Shown in pieces: positions 28,230-38,565 of a DNA stretch of 64,000 nt; position 1 is the stretch's first letter; every line of letters starts with the position of its first letter. The notes under the pieces are model-generated. The model worked only from the letters and a program-made list of their open reading frames with translations, was not told where the DNA came from and searched no databases. The stretch is from the NCBI GenBank assembly GCA_963676565.1, contig OY781089.1, positions 2,752,001-2,816,000 of the forward strand, in the 5' to 3' direction. This DNA comes from Halarcobacter sp. GTDB taxonomy: Bacteria > Campylobacterota > Campylobacteria > Campylobacterales > Arcobacteraceae. The position numbers and the translations under genes are program-made.

Positions 28230-30170
28230 TTAGAATTTATATGTTAATTTTACGTAGTATTCTCTACCTGGCTCAGGATAACCTAAATCTAACTCATAGT
28301 TTTCATCAGTTAAGTTTGTTACACCTGCACTAAATAAAACATCTTTTGAAATTTTATAGTCTGCATTAACACCAATAACTTTTATATTCGATACATTTAC
28401 ATAGTTACTATTAGCATCTTCTAGAATCAAATCTTTTTTAAAAGTCATGTTTGCAGTAAGTTTTAAATCTTTTGTTGGAGTATAATCTGCAAAAAAGTAA
28501 GCACTATGTTTAGGAACATCTGTTACAACAATAGAACCATCATCTTTTTCAATATTTATGTAAGTATAATTAAAACCTAAAGTGTATAAGTCTTGTTTAT
28601 ATTTTAAAGAGGTTTCAAACCCTTTGTACTGTTCTTTTCCTGTGTTTTGTTCTTGACTTTTAGAACCAGAAACATTGTCAACTATTCTAATAGGGTCTTT
28701 TACATTAATTAAAAATAATGCTGTATCAAATTCAAGATTATCAAAATTGATTTTATGTCCTAATTCATAGTGTGTTGCTTTTTCAGGTACTAAATCAGGA
28801 TTAATCAATGCTTTACCTTTTTTATCTGAAAATCTTTCTTTTAAAGTTGGTAAATGTGTTTTTTTAGCAATTGTAAATCTAGTAGTTTGATTTTCTTTAA
28901 AATCATAAAAGAAACCTACTTGCCCATTGTATGCATCATTTGATTTTGTTTCAACAATTGTATCATATGTAATTGCTTCCGTAGGATTTGCATAATCATA
29001 ACTAAGTGAAGTGATAATTTTAAATCTTTCATTTGGTTCATAAATATCTTCTGCTGCAAGTGAATATACTTTTTCAACAAATTTATCATCTAATCCACTT
29101 TCACTTCCTGCAGCCCTGTTGATTTCATGGTTATCTTTTTTTACATTTAAAGCAAATTTTATAGTATGTTCATCTGACCATCCATATTCTGTATACTCTA
29201 AACCACTTCCAATACTATAAGCATCTGTATATTCTAATTTATTTAAATTTACCCAACCATTTTTATACTCTTCGTATGTATTTTTATAACTTGTTCTATA
29301 TAATTTAAATTTGATATCTGCTGTATCATATTTTTTATTAGTAATAAAATATAATGAATTGCTATCCCAAGTTGGCCAATCAATATATTTTTCTTTTCCA
29401 TCATCTTTATCTACTACTGTTGGTTGAGATTTTTCAGAGTTTAAATAATTCATTCCTAATACATATTCAGTATTGTTATCAGGAGTATAACCTGCTTTTA
29501 AATTAAATGATTTTGAATCTGAATCACTATGGTCTCTTTCCCCTTCACTTTGCAATGCTGTTGATACATAATCATCCGAAAGACTCCAATGATCTCTATT
29601 TTTTAATGTTCCATTGAATTGTAGATAATACTTATCTTGCTTTGTTCCTAAACTTAAAGTATTTAACCATTGAGATTGATTGAAATCATTATCAAAATTT
29701 ATTTGAGAAGAGATACTACCTTCAAACTCCTTTGTAGGTTTTTTTGTTACGAAATTCACAACTCCACTCATTGTATTTGGCCCAAACATTGTTGAACTAA
29801 AACCTTTTGCTATATTTACACTATCTAAATCAGTAGATAAAATTCTTGAATAATCAAAATTTCCATCATAAGGTACATAAATTGGTATACCATCAATAAA
29901 TATACCTGTTCTTGTAGCTTCAAGACCTCTAATCATTAAAGAACTTTCTTCCCTACCACCTTTATGCTCAATTGTAATTCCAGATTGAGTATCCAAGACT
30001 TTTGCAATATCTTTTTCTGGATTAGATATCAATTCTTCATTTGAAACCTTTTTTACATCTAGTATCTGTTGCTGTTTTGCTGAGATAGAAATCTCACCTA
30101 ATGTAAATGTATCTTCTGCAATTAATAAAGTAGAAGATAACAATAATAAACATGAAAAACTTATTTTCAT
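28230..30170 (-). CDS. TonB-dependent receptor
   Basis: Signal peptide, TonB-box-like LGEISISA, plug (IRG...IDGIP...GVVNFVTKKP), NPDLVPEKA, NLTDENY...GREYY..TYKF. Confidence 0.92.
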   Translation of the reverse strand: MKISFSCLLLLSSTLLIAEDTFTLGEISISAKQQQILDVKKVSNEELISNPEKDIAKVLDTQSGITIEHKGGREESSLMIRGLEATRTGIFIDGIPIYVPYDGNFDYSRILSTDLDSVNIAKGFSSTMFGPNTMSGVVNFVTKKPTKEFEGSISSQINFDNDFNQSQWLNTLSLGTKQDKYYLQFNGTLKNRDHWSLSDDYVSTALQSEGERDHSDSDSKSFNLKAGYTPDNNTEYVLGMNYLNSEKSQPTVVDKDDGKEKYIDWPTWDSNSLYFITNKKYDTADIKFKLYRTSYKNTYEEYKNGWVNLNKLEYTDAYSIGSGLEYTEYGWSDEHTIKFALNVKKDNHEINRAAGSESGLDDKFVEKVYSLAAEDIYEPNERFKIITSLSYDYANPTEAITYDTIVETKSNDAYNGQVGFFYDFKENQTTRFTIAKKTHLPTLKERFSDKKGKALINPDLVPEKATHYELGHKINFDNLEFDTALFLINVKDPIRIVDNVSGSKSQEQNTGKEQYKGFETSLKYKQDLYTLGFNYTYINIEKDDGSIVVTDVPKHSAYFFADYTPTKDLKLTANMTFKKDLILEDANSNYVNVSNIKVIGVNADYKISKDVLFSAGVTNLTDENYELDLGYPEPGREYYVKLTYKF

Positions 30171-30233
30171 TTATATTCCTTGTAAAAAAATATTTACCAT
30201 AAATTAATTTTTTATGTATTCTTAGCTTGAAAG

Positions 30234-30262
30234 TATAAATATGCTAATTGAGCATATTTATA
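30234..30262. promoter_or_regulatory. Perfect 12-5-12 inverted repeat upstream of TonB-receptor operon
   Basis: TATAAATATGCT-AATTG-AGCATATTTATA, about 64 bp before the ATG. Confidence 0.55.
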
Positions 30263-30472
30263 TTCTTAAAAAAAAGCCCTAAAAAACAATGAAAATTTAA
30301 TTTTATAAAATTTTATAAGACTTTTTATAGACAAGCTTTAAAAGTAAATTTTATTTTACTATTTTATTCCATAATTTTACTTTAGAATTAAATAAAAAAT
30401 TAATATTTATAATTAAGAATAGTTATAGATAAATAAAATGGTTTTGGAATATATTATTTTAAGATTTCAAGA

Positions 30473-30505
30473 GAGTGGGGATAAGTTTTAAAAACTTTCC
30501 CACTC
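30473..30505 (-). terminator. Hairpin overlapping the MCP 3' end
   Basis: gagtggg...aagtttt / aaaactt.cccactc. Confidence 0.4.
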
Positions 30506-32833
30506 ATCGTCATTGTTATTGTTTGCAACAATCTCTTTTGTCTCAGTATTCTTTTCATTTTTCATTTTTCTAATTTTATTTTCACTAGCTCTTCTATCTT
30601 TTTTAGCATCAAAGTTTAAATCTAATTGGCTTTCTCTTCTATCAACAACCATATCTTTTCCTTTAAACTCTTTTTCATTAACTTTTTTAACAATATTTTC
30701 AGATATATGAGAAGTATGCACTGCTATCTCTTGTGTTTGGTTAGCGGCACTTGCTATTTTTTGAGTTTGTTGGTCTTGAATTGTTACAGCATCATTTATT
30801 TGTTCAATTCCTGATTGTTGTTCTTTTGAAGCTGCTTCTACATTGTTTATAAGCTCAATTGTTTTTCTAATATTTTCATTTAAATCAGAATAACCATGAA
30901 TCATTTTATCAGCAATTATTTTCCCATCATTTGCTTTAGTAGTTGCATTTTCAACTAAATCTTTAATCTCTTTAGCTGCTTCTGCACTTCTTGCAGCAAG
31001 GTTTCTAACCTCTTGGGCTACAACTGCAAACCCTTTTCCTGCTTCTCCTGCTGTTGCTGCTTCTACAGCTGCATTTAGTGAAAGAATATTTGTTTGGAAG
31101 GCTATTTGGTCAATTACAGTAATTGCTTCATTAATAGCTGTTACTTGTTGATTTATCTCATCCATAGATGATGTAGTTTGATTAGCTAAATCATTACCTT
31201 CTTCAACTGATTTAGTTACTTTATGTGCAAAGTCAGCCATATCAATTACATTTTGAGTATTACTTGTAATTGTTCCAGTCATTTGTTCTAATGCTGCTGC
31301 AGTTTCTTCTAATGAAGCGGCTGCTTCATTTGAAACATCATTTAAGACAGTTACATTTTTAAGTAAGGTTTCTGAAGAGTTTTGAAGAGTTAATCCAACT
31401 CTTTTTTCATTAGATAGCATTTCAGTGATTGAAGAACCTAAACTATTTACACCTTGAGATAATTTTAAAAGATGATGTTTTACATTTGATGTTTGCACTT
31501 CATTGATATAGTTGTAATTTGTATATTGCTCTAATACATCTAAAACTTCATTTATATTTTCTTCTAAATGTTCACCCATAGAGTTAAGAACTTTTTTTAA
31601 GTCCATTAATGCAGGGTTATCAACATCTGATGTAATTCTTTGGCACAAGTCTCCTTGTTCAAACTCAGAAAGAATTTTTACTGTATCATCAATAAATCTT
31701 CTATCCTCTTCTACACCTTTTTTTGTGATTTCTATATTTTCATTTACAACTTTTGCCATTATTCCAATTTCATTTTTTCTACTATCATCTAGCCTTTCTA
31801 CACTACTTGATTCTCTATTTAAATATTTGAAGAAACCTAGTAAGCCTTCTTGGAATTTTTCAATTTCAGAACTAATCTCCCTTGAGATTATAAAGGCTGA
31901 TAAAAGAACTAAAGAAAGAACTACAATTGCAATAATTATTGATGTTTTTAGTATGTTGTCATTTAAATCTGCAACTTCAGGACCAATTATACCTTGGTCT
32001 TTTTTTATAGATAGTTTTATATCTTCAGACAATTTAGCTATTTTTGGGCCTATAATTCTTAAATTATCAATAGCCTTATTTTTTTCTGTGATATTAGTTA
32101 CCACATCATTTAAGCCTTTATTATAAATATTAATTAGTTCAATAGCTTGAGCTAAATCTTTTTGTCTATCTGGATTTTGAATCTTTTTTTGTACATGTGA
32201 TAGTTCAGTTTTTAAAAGGTTGAACTCTTTAATAGTTCTATTTGCATCCTCTTCTTTATTTGAATCAAGAAATTTAACTGCAAATAATCTTCCAAGTAAA
32301 AGGACTCTTATTGTATGTGCAGTTTCTAAAGAAGCTTCAATATTCCCATCTTTTTCAGCTGATAACATGACATCTGTTAAAAGTTTTTCTATTTTATTAC
32401 CATTAATATTTAAATTGTTTTCTACAATCTTATCTCTAGCTTTTGTAAAATCAACTACTTTATAGAAATCATCTTTATATATTTTAAGATTTTCTTCTAA
32501 TTGAATAACATGTTTTGCTCTAGAAGGAGCTTTAATCTCTTCTCGTGCATCTTTAACAAATTTATCAGTTAAATCATAATATTTGTGGAAACCATCTATA
32601 TCTTTTTGTTCATGACTAGAGAAATATCTTATTACATTCATTCTAACCATCAACATATTAGCTTGTACTCCTGAAGCAAGCCCAGCATCATTTGCCATCT
32701 CTCTATATTCAGTAAATCCTTTACCTGATTTTGAAGAACCTAAAATACTATTACTAGCTAAAATAATTACTAAAATAGCAATAATCCCAAAGGATAATAT
32801 AAGCTTCATTTTAATTGACATATTTTTTAACAT
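30488..32833 (-). CDS. Methyl-accepting chemotaxis protein
   Basis: Two TM helices flanking a large helical sensor domain, [31 protein letters not shown]-terminal EWESF pentapeptide. Confidence 0.95.
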   Translation of the reverse strand: MLKNMSIKMKLILSFGIIAILVIILASNSILGSSKSGKGFTEYREMANDAGLASGVQANMLMVRMNVIRYFSSHEQKDIDGFHKYYDLTDKFVKDAREEIKAPSRAKHVIQLEENLKIYKDDFYKVVDFTKARDKIVENNLNINGNKIEKLLTDVMLSAEKDGNIEASLETAHTIRVLLLGRLFAVKFLDSNKEEDANRTIKEFNLLKTELSHVQKKIQNPDRQKDLAQAIELINIYNKGLNDVVTNITEKNKAIDNLRIIGPKIAKLSEDIKLSIKKDQGIIGPEVADLNDNILKTSIIIAIVVLSLVLLSAFIISREISSEIEKFQEGLLGFFKYLNRESSSVERLDDSRKNEIGIMAKVVNENIEITKKGVEEDRRFIDDTVKILSEFEQGDLCQRITSDVDNPALMDLKKVLNSMGEHLEENINEVLDVLEQYTNYNYINEVQTSNVKHHLLKLSQGVNSLGSSITEMLSNEKRVGLTLQNSSETLLKNVTVLNDVSNEAAASLEETAAALEQMTGTITSNTQNVIDMADFAHKVTKSVEEGNDLANQTTSSMDEINQQVTAINEAITVIDQIAFQTNILSLNAAVEAATAGEAGKGFAVVAQEVRNLAARSAEAAKEIKDLVENATTKANDGKIIADKMIHGYSDLNENIRKTIELINNVEAASKEQQSGIEQINDAVTIQDQQTQKIASAANQTQEIAVHTSHISENIVKKVNEKEFKGKDMVVDRRESQLDLNFDAKKDRRASENKIRKMKNEKNTETKEIVANNNNDDEWESF

Positions 32834-33081
32834 TTTTCATCCTTTTATCTTATTTTCTTGACTTAAATTTTTATTTAATTTGTTTTAATATTTAACAGAT
32901 AAAGTAATCAGGCAAAATGCTTAATTATTTTTTTGATACAATTCTTATATTATTTTAAAAATAAGCTTAATTATTTATTAATTATGATGTAATATATTAT
33001 ATTTATTTAAACAAATAGATCTCAAAATAAGGGCATAAAAAAGTAACTTCGAAACATAATAGATACAAAAACTCTATTAAA

Positions 33082-33918
33082 TTAATATTTTGAAAATTGT
33101 CTAAGATTGCATAACCCTTGGTACTGGGGGAATTCACTATTTATATCTAAAAAGTTTTTTGGAGTTGATGCTGTAAGACTTTTAAATTCCCTTATAAAAT
33201 GGGAGTGATTAGAGAAGTTTTGTTCAATTGCTAGTTCTTTAAATTTTGTATCATGCTCTCTGAATTTTATATAATCTAAAATAGAATAGAATCTTCCTAT
33301 TCTACTCAAAAATTTTGGAGTTAATCCTGTGGTTTTTTTCAAATTTCTTTCTATTTGTCTTACTGATAAATTTTGAGATTTGAAAAAGGCATCTAAATCT
33401 CCATCTTTATATAGTTTGTTTATAGTACATAAAGTTTCATTTTTATTGAAATTGGATTTATAAAATAGATCTATCAAAAAGTTATTTAGTTCGTTGTAAA
33501 CTTTTGTTTTATCATGTTTGCAGTTGTATATTCTTTCTAAAAATGATGAATCAAGCTTTATTGAAAGATCGTCTAAAGTGTACATGGTATCTATTAATTC
33601 ATCCACTGCAATATTAAAAAGTTTATAAAATACACTTGGATTTAACTGTATATCAATAAAATATGCATCATCACTCACATAAGCAAAGTATGATTTCATC
33701 ACAGGAGGATGAACATAGATACCCCTTTTCATCTCTCCATTTTTATAAAGACTAAAGTTTATTTCCCCATCTAGTACTATAAAAACAGTTGCACACCCAT
33801 CAGGAATAATTTTTTGACAATTGATAAGATTACCATTACCATCTCCTTCTAAAAACCAAAAGACTTTTATCCAGTCTTTTAGTTTTTCGTGAGGAATTAG
33901 CATTGAAGATTTAAGCAT
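33082..33918 (-). CDS. AraC family transcriptional regulator (DUF6597-type N-terminus)
   Basis: IIPDGC, SVRQIER...GLTPK, SHFIREFK. Confidence 0.85.
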   Translation of the reverse strand: MLKSSMLIPHEKLKDWIKVFWFLEGDGNGNLINCQKIIPDGCATVFIVLDGEINFSLYKNGEMKRGIYVHPPVMKSYFAYVSDDAYFIDIQLNPSVFYKLFNIAVDELIDTMYTLDDLSIKLDSSFLERIYNCKHDKTKVYNELNNFLIDLFYKSNFNKNETLCTINKLYKDGDLDAFFKSQNLSVRQIERNLKKTTGLTPKFLSRIGRFYSILDYIKFREHDTKFKELAIEQNFSNHSHFIREFKSLTASTPKNFLDINSEFPQYQGLCNLRQFSKY

Positions 33919-33965
33919 CTAAAACCTTAATTTTTTAATAAGCTAATTATAATATATTCTACTTT

Positions 33966-35375
33966 TTAAGCTAATTCATGGGCTAAATCTGACTCAGCTT
34001 GCTCAAGCATTGCAAACTCTTCATCTGCTGTTTTAGCAACTAAATGGTTTTTACTATATAAGAAGTAATATAAAGCACCAATTACATAAAGAATAATTGT
34101 ATAAAAAAATGCTCTAGGATCAAATGCATAAACACCTGTTAAAGCGATTAAAGATAAAACAAATGCTATACCTGAAGTTACAGTACCACCTGGAGTTTTG
34201 TATGGTCTTGGCATCTCTGGGTTTTTAACTCTTAATAAAATATGACTTAAAGACATTAAAGCATATGAAATTGTTGCACCCACTACTGCCATAGCTAACA
34301 TTAGATCACCTTCACCACTTAAAGAAGCTAAGAAACCTAAAACACCTGGAACAATTAAAGCCCAAGTTGGAGTTTTTCTTTTACTAGTTAGTGATAAAAA
34401 TTGTGGTAAATATCCTGCACGTGAAAGTGCAAAAATCAATCTACTATATCCATAAATGATTGAGAAAAATGATGCAATTAATCCAGCTAATCCTAAAACA
34501 TTAACAGTTGTTGCTAATGTTGTATTTCCAGTTGCATTCAATGCATCTACTAAAGGCACTGCACTTTTACCAATTACTTCTGCTCCAGTTGCACTAGGAA
34601 CTAAAAATATAACTAATGCAGCAGTAAATAGTAAGAAAATCATTGCAGCGATGATACCTTTTGGTACATCTTTAGCTGGATCTTTTGCTTCTTCTGCTGC
34701 TAATGGAACACCCTCAACAGCCAAGAATAACCACATAGCAAAAGGTAATGCTGCCCAAACACCATACCAACCTAAAGGTAACATCTCAGTAGCTCCTGCA
34801 ACATCAGCTGAAGCAGCAATATCAAACAGTTTAGTAGAATCAAAATCACCTAAAAGTGCAACAGCAGTTGCTAAAATTGCAAATACAGCTAAACCACTAA
34901 TCACCATCATTGTTTTAAGTGCTTCACCAGCACCAATTAAATGAATAGCAATAAATACAGCATAAAATAATGCATAAACAATAGGACCATTGAATCCCGT
35001 CAAAGCTTCAACGGCAGAACCAATAAATATTACAATAGCAGCAGGTGCTAAAGCATACTCAATCAAGATAGCTAGACCAGTTAAAAAACCACCAGCTGGT
35101 CCCATAACTTGTCTAGCAAAACTATATCCACCACCAGCGGCAGGGATTGAAGCTGACATTTCTGCTAAAGATAATACTAAACAAAAATACATTAAAGCCA
35201 TTAAACCCGCAGCGATTGAAAATCCTCCCCAACCAGCTTCAGCTATACCAAAGTTCCATCCTGCAAAATCCCCTGAAATCACATATGAAATCCCTAAACC
35301 TGCTAATAAAATCCAACCAGCAGTACCTCTTTTTAGTTGCCTTTTAGCAAGATAATCTTGATTTAAATTACTCAT
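33966..35375 (-). CDS. eat: Ethanolamine permease (APC family)
   Basis: YLAKRQLKRG, YVISGDFAGWNFG; in operon with eutBC. Confidence 0.92.
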   Translation of the reverse strand: MSNLNQDYLAKRQLKRGTAGWILLAGLGISYVISGDFAGWNFGIAEAGWGGFSIAAGLMALMYFCLVLSLAEMSASIPAAGGGYSFARQVMGPAGGFLTGLAILIEYALAPAAIVIFIGSAVEALTGFNGPIVYALFYAVFIAIHLIGAGEALKTMMVISGLAVFAILATAVALLGDFDSTKLFDIAASADVAGATEMLPLGWYGVWAALPFAMWLFLAVEGVPLAAEEAKDPAKDVPKGIIAAMIFLLFTAALVIFLVPSATGAEVIGKSAVPLVDALNATGNTTLATTVNVLGLAGLIASFFSIIYGYSRLIFALSRAGYLPQFLSLTSKRKTPTWALIVPGVLGFLASLSGEGDLMLAMAVVGATISYALMSLSHILLRVKNPEMPRPYKTPGGTVTSGIAFVLSLIALTGVYAFDPRAFFYTIILYVIGALYYFLYSKNHLVAKTADEEFAMLEQAESDLAHELA

Positions 35376-35384
35376 TTTCTTTCC

Positions 35385-36239
35385 TTATTTTATTAAAAAA
35401 TTTTCTTCATTTATATTGTTTTCTATAATATTGTTTGTTGTTCTATCTTTTAGGTTTACACCTGATAATTCAAGTCTTCTTGACTCTTTTAATAGATACA
35501 TTGTTTTCTTTATTGCCTCTTCATATGATAATCCCTCATTTCTAATATTTGATATACAGTTTCTACTTTCATCAGTAAGTCCAACTTTCGGATTGTAAGT
35601 TAAATATAATCCCATACTATCAGGAGAACTAAGTCCTGGTCTTTCACCAATTAATACAATAGAAGTTTTAGAGTTTAATATCTCTCCAACCTCATCTCCA
35701 ATAGCGACTCTTCCTTGCAAAACTATAGTGATTGGTGCAATATTCCAATTTTGCGAATCTGTATTTAATTCTTCAATAAGCTTTTTTATAAATATTGAAG
35801 AATTTTCTTTGATTGCAAGAGAAGATAAACCATCCACTACTACAATTGATAAATCATATTTTTCATTTTTTAAAGTATTTACTTTTTTTAATGTTTCGAT
35901 TGATTTTTTATCTAATCTTCTTCCTAAATCTGGTCTTTGAAGGTAAGTTGTTCTATTTATTGCTTGGGAATGCAATAGTATTGGTGTAAATATCTCTTGC
36001 TCTTGATTTAAAATAAGATTTGCATTTTCTAGTTGCTCAATAACTGTCTCAACATCTAAAGGAAGATGGACAGCATCTTGTGCTTGTGCGTGGGCTAGTT
36101 GAAACTCTAAAGAATGAGAAGTTGGAATACTAACTCCTGCCCGTCCTAAACCAATTCTAGCATCAGTATAATCTCTAAGGGCAGACCATGGGTTTTCAAT
36201 AACATTTTGTTTATCATTTGCTTTTTTAATATTACCCAT
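35385..36239 (-). CDS. eutC: Ethanolamine ammonia-lyase light chain
   Basis: TDARIGLGRAG, YLQRPDLGR, IGERPGLSSPDS, RNCISNI. Confidence 0.96.
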   Translation of the reverse strand: MGNIKKANDKQNVIENPWSALRDYTDARIGLGRAGVSIPTSHSLEFQLAHAQAQDAVHLPLDVETVIEQLENANLILNQEQEIFTPILLHSQAINRTTYLQRPDLGRRLDKKSIETLKKVNTLKNEKYDLSIVVVDGLSSLAIKENSSIFIKKLIEELNTDSQNWNIAPITIVLQGRVAIGDEVGEILNSKTSIVLIGERPGLSSPDSMGLYLTYNPKVGLTDESRNCISNIRNEGLSYEEAIKKTMYLLKESRRLELSGVNLKDRTTNNIIENNINEENFLIK

Positions 36240-37639
36240 TAGTTTGTTCCTATTGCATTTGATAGTGAATTAGAAAATGTCTTAGGCATTTTGTCATTTA
36301 AAATGAAATCATCCATATTTTTAAAGATTTCCATTTTTTCCAACCATGCTGTAAATTCAGGTGCTGGCTTTAGATTTAAAACTTTTCTAGCATATAAAGC
36401 ATCATGGAAAGAGGTAGTTTGATAATTAAGCATAATATCATCACTTCCAGGAATACCCATTATAAAATTACACCCTGCAACACTTAAAAGTGTTAATAGA
36501 TTATCCATATCGTTTTGGTCTGCATCGGCATGGTTTGTATAGCATATGTCACACCCCATAGGAACACCTAACAGTTTCCCACAAAAATGATCTTCTAATC
36601 CAGCTCTTGTAATCTCTTTTCCATCAAACAGATACTCAGGACCTATAAAACCTACAACAGTATTTACCAAAAGAGGATCAAATTTTTTAGCTACGGCATA
36701 AGCTCTAGCTTCACATGTTTGTTGGTCAAGACCAAAGTTTGCATTTGCTGATAGGGAACTTCCTTGACCTGTTTCAAAATACATTACATTGTTTCCAACT
36801 GTACCTCTATTTAGAGATAATGCCGCTTCATGTGCCTCTTTTAAAATACTTAAGCTTACACCAAAACTTGAGTTTGTAGCCTCTGTTCCTCCAATAGATT
36901 GAAACACTAAATCAACTGGAGCTTTTTTCTCAATTGCTTCAATTGTATTTGTAACATGAGTTAAAACACATGATTGGGTTGGTATTTCATATTTTTGGAT
37001 AACATCATCCATAAGCTTAAGCAGCTTTATTGTTTGCTCAACATTATCTGTTGCTGGATTTATTCCAATTACTGCATCACCATTTCCATATAATAATCCA
37101 TCTAAAATACTTGCAGCAATTCCTCTTACATCATCAGTTGGGTGGTTTGGTTGAAGTCTAGTAGAGAGTTGATTTGCTAAGCCAATTGTATTTCTAAAAG
37201 ATGTAACAACTGGGCATTTTTTAGCTACTAAAATTAAATCTTGATTTCTCATAATCTTACTAACAGCAGCTACCATTTCAGGTGTGATTCCATCTCTTAC
37301 ATATTTTATTACATCTGGTGTAGTTTCATCGCTTAATAACCAGTTTCTAAAATCACCTACAGTTAAATGAGAAATTGGTTCAAAGGCCTCTTTATCATGC
37401 CCATCAATAATAAGTCTTGTAATTTCATCATCCTCATAAGGAACTAAAGCTTCAGTTAAAAAGTTTTTTAAAGGAACTTCAGCCAATCTCATTTGAGCTA
37501 TCACTCTTTCTTGAGAAGAAAGAGCTGAAACTCCTGCTAATAAATCACCTGAACGCTTTGGAGTTGCCTTAGCCATTAAATCAGCCAAATTTTTAAAAGT
37601 ATAAGTCCTATTTCCTAAAACATATTTATAACTATTCAT
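36239..37639 (-). CDS. eutB: Ethanolamine ammonia-lyase heavy chain
   Basis: RSGDLLAG, RLQPNHPTDD, YFETGQG, GFIGPEY, DICYTNH. Confidence 0.97.
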   Translation of the reverse strand: MNSYKYVLGNRTYTFKNLADLMAKATPKRSGDLLAGVSALSSQERVIAQMRLAEVPLKNFLTEALVPYEDDEITRLIIDGHDKEAFEPISHLTVGDFRNWLLSDETTPDVIKYVRDGITPEMVAAVSKIMRNQDLILVAKKCPVVTSFRNTIGLANQLSTRLQPNHPTDDVRGIAASILDGLLYGNGDAVIGINPATDNVEQTIKLLKLMDDVIQKYEIPTQSCVLTHVTNTIEAIEKKAPVDLVFQSIGGTEATNSSFGVSLSILKEAHEAALSLNRGTVGNNVMYFETGQGSSLSANANFGLDQQTCEARAYAVAKKFDPLLVNTVVGFIGPEYLFDGKEITRAGLEDHFCGKLLGVPMGCDICYTNHADADQNDMDNLLTLLSVAGCNFIMGIPGSDDIMLNYQTTSFHDALYARKVLNLKPAPEFTAWLEKMEIFKNMDDFILNDKMPKTFSNSLSNAIGTN

Positions 37640-38046
37640 ATTTATTTACTTTATATAATTAAAGTATTTATCCTTTCTTTTATAAAAAAATCACTACGAA
37701 ATGAATTCACATATGTAGTTTGATAAACACATTTTATACTATATTTAACAAACTAGAATGTGTAAGTTTGTATATTTTTTAGAATGCTTTTTTTATAATA
37801 TTTTTTGATTATTTTAAAAGTATATAAAATATTTGTTTTTTAATTAAGTCCCATATAGTAGTAACTTCTATATATAAAAACTTATCAATTAAAATTATTT
37901 CATTTTTAATATCAAATAAAATTTTTCATCAAATTTTTTTATACTTTTTTTGTGATGTCGTTTTTTTGTTATGCTTTTAATTGACTCAAGGGATTGTTGG
38001 TAAATTGATTTGTTTTAATATAAATAAAACAATAAGATATATTAAA

Positions 38047-38078
38047 ATATCAAAGCCAAAATAATTTGGCTTTGATAT
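38047..38078 (-). terminator. Terminator after katA-ankyrin operon
   Basis: 14-bp stem atatcaaagccaaa / tttggctttgatat. Confidence 0.7.
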
Positions 38079-38084
38079 CATTAA

Positions 38085-38564
38085 TTAATTTTTTTTCTTT
38101 TTAAAGTTTTCAATAAACTTTGAAAAGCCTAAATAAAACTTTGATTTAAGATTATTATTTTGTGAAGTTAAAAACTCAACAATTTCAGTATGACCAAACA
38201 TACTTGCAAAGGTTATGGGTGTAGTTCCCATTCCATTATTTTCATGAATGTTTGCACCTGCTTTTACAAGAATTTTAACAATGTCTAAATATCCTTTGAA
38301 ACAAACACCAGCTAAAGGTGTTTGTCCCCTGTCGTTTTTTTGATCTACCAAAGCTCCATAACTTAGTATCATTTCTGTAGTTTCTATATTACCATTGTAA
38401 GAAGCTAACATCAAAATAGAATTACCTTTATGGTCGCATAAGTTTTCTGACATACCTGCATTTAACATCAATTTTAAATCTTCAGTTTTTCCGTACCTTG
38501 CATAATCAAGTGCAATTACTTGAAGTTCCTCATATCTATTTAATTCATCTACTGTAAATGTCAT
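38085..38564 (-). CDS. Ankyrin repeat protein (catalase accessory, Cj1386/AnkB-like)
   Basis: GNSILMLASYNG, GQTPLAGVCFKG, GTTPITFASMFG repeats; directly after katA. Confidence 0.88.
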   Translation of the reverse strand: MTFTVDELNRYEELQVIALDYARYGKTEDLKLMLNAGMSENLCDHKGNSILMLASYNGNIETTEMILSYGALVDQKNDRGQTPLAGVCFKGYLDIVKILVKAGANIHENNGMGTTPITFASMFGHTEIVEFLTSQNNNLKSKFYLGFSKFIENFKKKKN

Positions 38565-38565
38565 T

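Noticed and set aside
30171..30487. Cobalamin riboswitch or Fur box upstream of the TonB receptor
   Set aside because: No B12-box-like sequence and no convincing GATAAT-N-ATTATC; the region is simply AT-rich
37640..38046. ANTAR hairpins, B12 riboswitch or sigma-54 promoter upstream of eutB
   Set aside because: Only a weak stem is visible; no tandem hexaloops and no GG-N10-GC consensus
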